From sequence record NC_062582.1: a stretch of 64,000 bases of DNA; one strand, written 5' to 3'. A program made the translations under genes and the position numbers. This document shows, in pieces, positions 18,400-25,828 of this stretch. Each line of letters begins with the position of its first letter. Position 1 is the first letter of the stretch. The notes below the pieces were generated by a model. The model made no database searches. It was not told where the DNA came from and saw only the letters and a program-made list of their open reading frames with translations.

Positions 18400-18419
18400 G
18401 CCTTCCCCCAGGGGAAGGC
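18400..18419 (+). terminator. Hairpin terminator (family member)
   Basis: GCCTTCCC-CCAG-GGGAAGGC then TTTATG. Confidence 0.75.
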
Positions 18420-18467
18420 TTTATGCCGGATCTTATGTATATAAACAAACTTGCAAGGTTTATGAAA

Positions 18468-19964
18468 ATGTTTGAAATGTTATTAATGAATGCGACAGTT
18501 CGGTCACCATTTCCAGATATACCGGATAATGGTCCTGGTCCTAAAACTTTAAAAGCGTATGACCTCGATACAAAGGCAGGTTATTTTGGGCAGACTACGA
18601 CTACAGAATTGTTCAGGGTTGAAGATGTAGAAGGTATTGCGTCTAAAGCCTTACCTGGTACAGCGATAAACAGAAGTATAGCCGATATTTGGTGCAAATT
18701 TATTTTCGATGAAAAAATAATCTACGTACCTAAGGCAGTTGTAAGGAATGGTGTGTCCTGGGCAGATTTGTACAGCGCCGGCTTTGTTTATGGAACAGAT
18801 GACAATGGTAAGTTTGCTTTTACAACCGACGCTAGTTGGGCAGCCGTTCCATTAGCGCCGGTGAATCAATTCAGATTATTGTCTCGGTTAGATTCCAACG
18901 GTGAGAAGGTTTATTTCAAAGTACGGCTAATAAAATCAATGTTAACTGACCCGGATGCAAATACAACGAATGTTAACAGAATCAAATTGACCGAATACTC
19001 GCAAACGGTTGAAAGAATTCAACCTACTACAGGTATTGGTTCACCATGGGCAAATCTAGGATTGCTGATTGGCACAGTTGTAGGTATGGAGACCCGTGGA
19101 ACTACCGGTAGCGGACTTGAAATGTATAATCTTATCTGTAACGGTAATAACAATGCTTACAATCGTTCTTTTGCTGGTAAGAATAGTCTAGCTGGATGGC
19201 TACCTGTACTTGAGAAAATGCCTAAGGGATTTAATCCAAATCCAACTATCGCAAATAGTGGGCCAGGCCCTAAAGAACTTCTAGAGTACGATAGAAACAA
19301 CGATACTGGTTACTTTGGTCTTGTAGAACAAGCGGATCTGTTCAACTTCTCAGATATTGATGCAGTTGCCAAAACACCACTTACCGGTACAGTTGTAAAC
19401 CGAAGTGTATCAAACAAATGGATTAAAGCTTACTATAAAGGTAAGGTCTTGTTCATGCCGATTTCATGTACTCGTCAGGGAGTGCTGTGGACCGATATTT
19501 ATAAGGCTGGTATGCAATATGGTACCGACGATAATGGTAAGTTCCAACCAGGTGGCGTGGGTGTTAACCAATATACACCTATTACAAAAGTAACCCCAGA
19601 CGGCAATACCAACCTGTTCAAGGTTCGTGCTATCCAAGGATATGGCGGTAATGTTCTACCAGCATCGACGGCATCTTTTGATAATGCTATCATGGCGGAC
19701 AGCGAGTACTGGGCAATACGTTATCGTTTGATTGGAGTAACAACCAATCCAGGAAATCTAGTGCCTGCTCCAAGAACCCCTTGGGCGAATCTTGGTAGCA
19801 CACAGCAATACCCATTCGGTGTTGAATTAAATGCAAACAATACACAAGCGGTTATGTTTAACGATAACAACGATTGGCTCAGGAAGACATTGCAACCTAT
19901 TGCAACATCTACCTTCTGCTCGTTCTACCCCGTACTAGAGCTTGTTTCGGTTACTGCTCCTTAA
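18468..19964 (+). CDS. Tail-associated virion structural protein with two tandem copies of a GPGPK-x-L-x-x-YD...GYFG domain
   Basis: Repeat 1 NGPGPKTLKAYDLDTKAGYFG...GTDDNGKF; repeat 2 SGPGPKELLEYDRNNDTGYFG...GTDDNGKF. Start moved to MFEMLL after AAGG. Confidence 0.7.
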   Translation: MFEMLLMNATVRSPFPDIPDNGPGPKTLKAYDLDTKAGYFGQTTTTELFRVEDVEGIASKALPGTAINRSIADIWCKFIFDEKIIYVPKAVVRNGVSWADLYSAGFVYGTDDNGKFAFTTDASWAAVPLAPVNQFRLLSRLDSNGEKVYFKVRLIKSMLTDPDANTTNVNRIKLTEYSQTVERIQPTTGIGSPWANLGLLIGTVVGMETRGTTGSGLEMYNLICNGNNNAYNRSFAGKNSLAGWLPVLEKMPKGFNPNPTIANSGPGPKELLEYDRNNDTGYFGLVEQADLFNFSDIDAVAKTPLTGTVVNRSVSNKWIKAYYKGKVLFMPISCTRQGVLWTDIYKAGMQYGTDDNGKFQPGGVGVNQYTPITKVTPDGNTNLFKVRAIQGYGGNVLPASTASFDNAIMADSEYWAIRYRLIGVTTNPGNLVPAPRTPWANLGSTQQYPFGVELNANNTQAVMFNDNNDWLRKTLQPIATSTFCSFYPVLELVSVTAP

Positions 19965-19974
19965 CAGCATAAGC

Positions 19975-19994
19975 GCCTTCCCCTAAGGGAAGGC
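19975..19994. terminator. Bidirectional terminator (family member)
   Basis: GCCTTCCC-CTAA-GGGAAGGC then TTTATG, between convergent genes. Confidence 0.8.
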
Positions 19995-20004
19995 TTTATG
20001 TCGT

Positions 20005-20376
20005 TTAATACCCTTCGTTTAACAACTCAGCTAAAGCTCGTGCTTGGGATATATCTGAGTTAGCAAACTTATCAGAAAGTGTACAGTCAAACCATTTACA
20101 TTCTTCGGCAAGAATACGCATCAGATCTGGGTTCTGTATTGCCCATTGTCTCCATAGTTCTTTATACTCAACCCAAAGGTTCTTGGACTTGTCTACAGGT
20201 GGTTTACCTTTTCCCAATCTCCAGTCAGTGGACCCTGGAGCATGACCTTTAATGTCGCATTGGTAATGAGCTTCAATAGTTCTCCCATCGGGCATAGTAG
20301 CGAACATCGCAGAGAAACGTTTATCTCCCTGCGACGAACACTCGTATGCGTCGTAGCGACGCCACTGATATACTAC
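20005..20376 (-). CDS. NADAR-like domain; frame lacks a canonical start before its conserved-looking N-terminus, candidate -1 frameshift extension of the polymerase exonuclease subunit
   Basis: Open frame VVYQWRRYDAYECSSQGDKRFSA precedes first ATG (20307); RFSA...DGRTIEAHYQ...K and WAIQNPDLMRIL resemble NADAR motifs (SNF...EHYYQA-K; KF-QNPEL). Confidence 0.6.
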   Translation of the reverse strand, partial: VVYQWRRYDAYECSSQGDKRFSAMFATMPDGRTIEAHYQCDIKGHAPGSTDWRLGKGKPPVDKSKNLWVEYKELWRQWAIQNPDLMRILAEECKWFDCTLSDKFANSDISQARALAELLNEGY

Positions 20377-22409
20377 TTTGGGGCTGGTAGCTCTTGGATA
20401 GTCCCCTGACGTTGTTTCAAATAGCTTTCCAACAATACGTCTAGCTTTGGTGCCTTAAAGATCTTCTGTGCAATCTCTAAGGCGTTTGTTCGACAACCCG
20501 TAAGGTTGACCCCAACCTCTCGTCGATGATGTTCAGAGATCCCCCAGATAGCTGAGAATTCCATTACAACAGTTTCACGAGCGATGTTAAGAATCTGACT
20601 TACGTTTGGATATGTCGATACAATATCCAAGTCGGCTACGTGTGTCCAGATCAAAGACCGATAGTCCGGGAATTCTTTAACACACTTAATACCGTTAGGA
20701 CCGGCCATGTAAGACGGGAGTGTTACAATCCAACCATCATGCCCTACTACGTATTGATCGAGTTCATGAATCATCTGATCGGAACTTGTACCAATCACAG
20801 AAGGTTCAGGACGTTTCATGTACCAGAAGTGCATATCGTCACAAAGACGTTTAGGGTTAGAGTTAAAGTTCTTGTAATCACTGTTCTTCGAGTAGAGAGT
20901 AATCGAACGAGCCAAGTCGTTAGTACGTTCATCGAGTTGTTCTAGTCGAATGCTGTCGATGATGTTGTAAAGGCCATAACGAATCTTGTGGTTCTTCTGC
21001 ATCTCGATGTGCCATTCGATCCCTGTGAGATGGTCAGTCTCTGGGAATTTAAGCTTACCGAAGTTCAGTACCATTTTAACTTTAAACGTGCTATGTACAG
21101 TCTCACCAAATACCAATGCTGGAACTTCTTTCCAAACAGGTTCACGGTCAATGTGTTCCAGTTCAGGGTCACCTTCGTTCTCACCTGGAATCATGGTCTT
21201 GGTGATGATATCATCAGCTGGGTTAGATACAGACCAATAAGGGTGGGAACCGCTACGTTCTTCCATCTTCTTGTTGCAAGACTTAAGGAACTCATTCAGA
21301 TCGTCTTGTGTGATGATCTCTTCTTCATCATCTACCGACAGTTCTTTCTTAAGGATATAATCCAAAGCATAGCTTGGTTCTTTACCTTTGGCCAGACGAG
21401 TAACTCGATAGGTTGACAAAGCATCAATGCACTGGAAACTAGCTGGAGCTGTAACCCAATGCCACTGGTCTTCTGGACCTTTAGACTTGGTAACACCCGA
21501 TGCTGTTGTAGACATCGCGTTGTCTTGTTTATAGTGAAAGTATTTGTAATTGCCTGGAATAGACGGATCACTAAATACGTTCTTAGGATCGATACCATGT
21601 TGTTCCAAGTTCTTCAGCATTCGACTCATGTCGAAGTCCATGTTCCAGAAACTGAAGAAGTCTGGTTGCCATTCATGCAAACGTTTCAAGCATTCAATAA
21701 CGATCTGTGCTGGGGTTTCCAACACCTCGACTTCGATGTTCAGGTTACGTGCTTTCTTCAAAGTAACCAATTCTGGAATACGTTCAAGCTCTGCATGTGT
21801 TTCAGCAATTGGATCTTTAATGTCATCTACCCAACGACGAAGATAAGCGAGATACACTTTATCTTTGTGGGATACGGACATACAGATAATTTCCCCATCC
21901 TTGCCTTCTTGGTAAACGTTGGTCTCGATGTCACCACCAGCTACTGTGTTACGGCTGTTCAAGTCTGGATATTGTTCGCGGTATTCGTTCTTCAAGCAGC
22001 AAGTAGAGTTAACGTCTGCACCGTATACGTAAGGCATACGCGATAGCTGACGCAAGCGAGGGCGAGGGGACCATTCTACTTTCTGACCATCTGGTGTTTC
22101 ATAACCACGCAAAGACTTTTGAATAGAGTGTTCTAGTTCAATTTGAGTGGTTGAGTATTTCTTAAGGTTCCGCATATACTCATAGTCTTTCTTCTCACTA
22201 TGGTTAGCTTGACCTTTGTGGGTAATGTAGTAATGACGAATGTAGTCTTCTTCCAAACGAAGTCGAGTAACACGGGTCTTGTCTTTTAGATGAACTACTT
22301 CTTTTACAACGTGTAGATCATGACGCTTCTGATTCTGATCAGTCACGTATGTAATATGTTTTGCTTCGATACCGACAATGTCAGCTTCGTTAATCTTTTG
22401 CTTAGCCAT
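20373..22409 (-). CDS. Split family-B DNA polymerase, 3'-5' exonuclease/N-terminal subunit (phiKZ gp82-like), 678 aa
   Basis: ExoI GGDIETNV, ExoII FWNMDFDM, ExoIII YNIIDS, PolB motif A DLDIVSTYP. Confidence 0.9.
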   Translation of the reverse strand: MAKQKINEADIVGIEAKHITYVTDQNQKRHDLHVVKEVVHLKDKTRVTRLRLEEDYIRHYYITHKGQANHSEKKDYEYMRNLKKYSTTQIELEHSIQKSLRGYETPDGQKVEWSPRPRLRQLSRMPYVYGADVNSTCCLKNEYREQYPDLNSRNTVAGGDIETNVYQEGKDGEIICMSVSHKDKVYLAYLRRWVDDIKDPIAETHAELERIPELVTLKKARNLNIEVEVLETPAQIVIECLKRLHEWQPDFFSFWNMDFDMSRMLKNLEQHGIDPKNVFSDPSIPGNYKYFHYKQDNAMSTTASGVTKSKGPEDQWHWVTAPASFQCIDALSTYRVTRLAKGKEPSYALDYILKKELSVDDEEEIITQDDLNEFLKSCNKKMEERSGSHPYWSVSNPADDIITKTMIPGENEGDPELEHIDREPVWKEVPALVFGETVHSTFKVKMVLNFGKLKFPETDHLTGIEWHIEMQKNHKIRYGLYNIIDSIRLEQLDERTNDLARSITLYSKNSDYKNFNSNPKRLCDDMHFWYMKRPEPSVIGTSSDQMIHELDQYVVGHDGWIVTLPSYMAGPNGIKCVKEFPDYRSLIWTHVADLDIVSTYPNVSQILNIARETVVMEFSAIWGISEHHRREVGVNLTGCRTNALEIAQKIFKAPKLDVLLESYLKQRQGTIQELPAPK
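20376..20382 (-). promoter_or_regulatory. Candidate -1 frameshift slippery heptamer C CCA AAG immediately before TAG
   Basis: Exact X XXY YYZ pattern in frame at the last two codons of the polymerase gene. Confidence 0.55.
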
Positions 22410-22512
22410 TAAAATAAAACCCCTTGAGTAGTTGTATCATGTATCATACGGAACTAGAGTAACGGATTACTGCTCAATCTTTATGATTAAATAAATTAAC
22501 CGGGGACAACCT

Positions 22513-23763
22513 ATGTTAACCGATAACCAACCTGGCCTAGAAGTTCTAATGGCTGGTAATAATAATGACCTTGGTAAGATTACCGAAGAATGGGTTATTG
22601 CTGCACGTAAGTGCATCAAAGATAACAAACCCGAGGACTATAGCAAAATAACTCGTGAATATTTAAACGTGGTTAAAGCTAAGACCGGTTTAGAGATTGA
22701 GTTCTACTTTTATCCAACCGACACACGCGCCACAGCTTTTGTCAATACCCAAACCGGTTGGAAAGGCCACGGTGGTACTAAATACACTAGCGGTGAAGCC
22801 GTCACCCGCGATGTGGTAAATGATATCTTTGAACTAAAGATTGACTTAGAGAAAGGTAAAGTCTCCGGAAAGCTTGCTAATATGTTACGGTTCCAAGTAT
22901 CTGCGGCAGCTGGGTTGTTTACCGATATGTTAGGATTTACTCCAGCTGAAACTACTGCTGTAATCTTACACGAATATGGTCACGCTTTTGATTCGTTTGC
23001 AAGTATTGGCGAATACGTATATTTGAATTACTACTTGACCGAAGGGATTGATATCCTACAAGGCAAGAAAGTAAACCGATACAAAGTCCAACTCCTCGAT
23101 GAGAAATGGGTTACTGAGAATCTCTCTGAAGAACTCCGTGATGATTTCATTAACAACCGAGATGAATCCACAACCCGTAAAGCAATCCTCAGTCTATATA
23201 AGAAATCGGCTAGAGGACATTTGGGGGACAATGGTTTAGTATCTAAACGACGTGATGAACAAGCAGCTGATCTTTTCCCAACACGTTTGGGTTATGCACG
23301 ACCTTTGGCTATAGCACTCACTAAGATGCATAAATACGATGGCCTGGCTTATGGTTCGGGGAAATCCACTTGGATGTCTGAGACTATTCGGGCTATGTTC
23401 ATGATCACTTTTGCTCCTGTAACTGCGTATGCTATCATGATGGTTAATCCATTGGATGATAAGACAACGAGTACTCGTTACGATAATGGTTTAGAAAGAT
23501 TAATGAAGATCCGTCGTGATCTTATCCAACAACTTAAGATCCTTGGTAACTCGATTGAGAACAGCCATCTAGCTGAAGACATCGAAGCCATTGATAAACT
23601 TGCTAAGGCTTATACGTCTGACAGGAATCTGTTTGACGAAGCTGTAACTTTCTTCCGTCCCTCTATTCGAAAGATGGAACAGAATGCTAAACACGAAGAG
23701 CAACTAGAAGCGTTGCTTAATAATGATCTGTTCCTAAATATCTTTAAACTTAAAAACATGTAA
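22513..23763 (+). CDS. Virion protein with M48-like zinc metallopeptidase motifs (phiKZ gp83-like), 416 aa
   Basis: VILHEYGH (HExxH) and RDEQAADLFPTRLGYARPLAIALTKM (E-x-x-AD helix). Confidence 0.7.
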   Translation: MLTDNQPGLEVLMAGNNNDLGKITEEWVIAARKCIKDNKPEDYSKITREYLNVVKAKTGLEIEFYFYPTDTRATAFVNTQTGWKGHGGTKYTSGEAVTRDVVNDIFELKIDLEKGKVSGKLANMLRFQVSAAAGLFTDMLGFTPAETTAVILHEYGHAFDSFASIGEYVYLNYYLTEGIDILQGKKVNRYKVQLLDEKWVTENLSEELRDDFINNRDESTTRKAILSLYKKSARGHLGDNGLVSKRRDEQAADLFPTRLGYARPLAIALTKMHKYDGLAYGSGKSTWMSETIRAMFMITFAPVTAYAIMMVNPLDDKTTSTRYDNGLERLMKIRRDLIQQLKILGNSIENSHLAEDIEAIDKLAKAYTSDRNLFDEAVTFFRPSIRKMEQNAKHEEQLEALLNNDLFLNIFKLKNM

Positions 23764-23775
23764 GGAATCTATCCC

Positions 23776-24216
23776 ATGCGTCTTGGTTATGAAATCTCCC
23801 GCTTGCTGAAAGAAGTAAACTCTGATACCGCTAACGTACGTGCTGTTCGTGCCCTCATGGTAGCTAACGCCGTTGCGTTCTTTGTTCCAGTTGACCCAAC
23901 TAAGAACCAAATCGAAAACGTTGAAGAACATATCCCACTGGTCAAGAAAATTGCTGGTCAGATCAATGAGAACATTGCGCTCGATACCAAACTCGCTTTG
24001 GAACTCTATCGTAAAGCTATGTTCATTCGTTGTGAACTGATCACTGGCGTTTCTGATCCAGCTATCATTGCAACTGCCATGCGTAGTCACGCTGCTGAAA
24101 TGCATCAGACCGATGCTGAAACTGTACTGGCTAATGCCCTCACCTCCAACCTTGACTTCATGCGTCTGCAAGGTGGTATCCAATCCGTGCTTGCGCAGAA
24201 TGCTGCTGAGGTTTAA
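23776..24216 (+). CDS. Virion structural protein candidate, 146 aa
   Basis: AAGGA RBS; highly biased codon usage; in head gene block. Confidence 0.6.
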   Translation: MRLGYEISRLLKEVNSDTANVRAVRALMVANAVAFFVPVDPTKNQIENVEEHIPLVKKIAGQINENIALDTKLALELYRKAMFIRCELITGVSDPAIIATAMRSHAAEMHQTDAETVLANALTSNLDFMRLQGGIQSVLAQNAAEV

Positions 24217-24513
24217 ATGTCTAATGCTGATGGTGGCAAACTTGCCCATCCGCGTGTGACTAAAGCCTATGCGATTTCTTTGATCGACGTTGAGAAATAC
24301 ATTGTCGATGAAGAGTTATCTATTATTGTCTGCTTTGTTCGACTTAAAAACGGCCATCGTTATATTGGTGACGCTATCGTTGCCAATAGCGATAAGTTTG
24401 AAGATATGCGCGGAAAAGCGGTAGCAAGAAATAAAGTCATTGACCAAATCATAGCTGATGAAATGTACGTACTCCGTACTAAGCTCTATGAATCAACCAA
24501 AAAAGGTGAATAG
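24217..24513 (+). CDS. Phage gp49/gp66-family protein (PF13876-like), candidate nucleotide-signal sponge (Acb4-like), 98 aa
   Basis: IVCFVRLKNGHRYIGDAIVANSDKFEDMRGKAVARNKVIDQIIADEMYVL fits the family consensus as I recall it (C-x-L-x-L-x-NG...G-S...F...G-x-x-I-A...EGY-L). Confidence 0.65.
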   Translation: MSNADGGKLAHPRVTKAYAISLIDVEKYIVDEELSIIVCFVRLKNGHRYIGDAIVANSDKFEDMRGKAVARNKVIDQIIADEMYVLRTKLYESTKKGE

Positions 24514-24516
24514 GAT

Positions 24517-25785
24517 ATGCTGTCTGATTCTGAAATTCTCGATAATAAAACACAGAGCTTGGATGAAGCTCTGCAAGAACTGGAGGCCATCAATGCTGAT
24601 GAGCCTAACTCTGGTCCTGTAAGTAATACCGTACGTGACACCATGTCCGATCAACAACTCACCATCGCTGTTGAGTGTATTGGTATTCTGGCTGACCTGC
24701 ATGCAACTGTATCGCAGGAAGGCATTAGCTCTTACGATGTACAAGTACTGCGTTCAGTACAAGCCAAGATGGCAGAGATCCAAGTAGGTGTCCCAGTTAA
24801 GCCTGCTCTGGAACGTTACGAAGGTATGTTTACTCCAACTCGTTCTGGGTTGAACCAAACTGTTTCTAACGAAGCTATCAAAATTGAATTCGGTCGTATT
24901 CTGAAAGAATGGTTTTACAAACTCCTCGACTTTATTCTTGATGTTGTTAAGTGGTTTAAAACTGTTATGCACGGCGAATACATGGTTCGCTCTCGTACCG
25001 AAACTTTAAACAACAACATCACTAAAGCTAAACAACATCTGGTTAACATGCGTAACCTGAATATCTTGAGTGAACGTAAACTGAAACAAGCTTACGATGA
25101 AATTCAAGATGCAGTTATGGCTGACCCTAAACTCCCTAAGTGTCGTTTGACCCTGATGGCTTTCGGTCCAAGTGCTTTGAACACAGAGTTCGATAAATAT
25201 CTTCGTGAAGTTCTTTTGTTCGGTAAGACTTTTACTAATACTACTTCTGATCTGCTTGCTGTTCTAGATGGCGGCGAATACGATAAAGCTTACGCAACCA
25301 TTTCCGGTGGTTTGATGAAAGACATCGCAACCAAAGTAGAAGAGTTTGGTGTTGAGTCTTCGGATGTAGATTACTTCAAGAATGAACTGCGTGATCTGGA
25401 TATGTACCAACCGAAATATATCCTGCAACGTAAACCTTATTACATCGAACCGTTCAACAACATGTTGAAACAAGCTATCAACGATCTGCGTCGTATCAAG
25501 CGTTTTGATAAGCTGACCGATGAAGCGGACATTGATCGTGTACGTGCAGCTGTACTGGATTTGACCGAAGGTGTTAAAGCTATCGAACGTGTAGTGACTA
25601 CTCTGATCAAACTTCAGAACTGCTATTTCAAAGTAAGTGCTTCGTATATGAACTACTACAGCCGTTGCTTTGAATACACCCGTCAAGACTTCCAAGAACA
25701 TGTTCTGGATGACCTTGGTCGTGCAGCGTTGGCTAAGGCCGATAAAGCTTGGGACAGTTTCATGGATACCCTTGGGGTTCTGTAA
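24517..25785 (+). CDS. Internal head protein (phiKZ gp86 region), 422 aa
   Basis: Acidic N-terminus with S/A/G-X-E sites (VSQE, PALE, VSNE); synteny. Confidence 0.65.
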   Translation: MLSDSEILDNKTQSLDEALQELEAINADEPNSGPVSNTVRDTMSDQQLTIAVECIGILADLHATVSQEGISSYDVQVLRSVQAKMAEIQVGVPVKPALERYEGMFTPTRSGLNQTVSNEAIKIEFGRILKEWFYKLLDFILDVVKWFKTVMHGEYMVRSRTETLNNNITKAKQHLVNMRNLNILSERKLKQAYDEIQDAVMADPKLPKCRLTLMAFGPSALNTEFDKYLREVLLFGKTFTNTTSDLLAVLDGGEYDKAYATISGGLMKDIATKVEEFGVESSDVDYFKNELRDLDMYQPKYILQRKPYYIEPFNNMLKQAINDLRRIKRFDKLTDEADIDRVRAAVLDLTEGVKAIERVVTTLIKLQNCYFKVSASYMNYYSRCFEYTRQDFQEHVLDDLGRAALAKADKAWDSFMDTLGVL

Positions 25786-25799
25786 AAGACAACATAAGC

Positions 25800-25819
25800 G
25801 CCTCTCCCGAAGGAGAGGC
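25800..25819. terminator. Bidirectional terminator (family member)
   Basis: GCCTCTCC-CGAA-GGAGAGGC with CATAA/TTATG arms. Confidence 0.8.
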
Positions 25820-25828
25820 TTTATGCCG

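Noticed and set aside
18423-18467. Track start MPDLMYINK for the tail protein
   Set aside because: ATG lies in the terminator/TATG motif; AAGG RBS and the MFE-x-LL parallel favour 18468.
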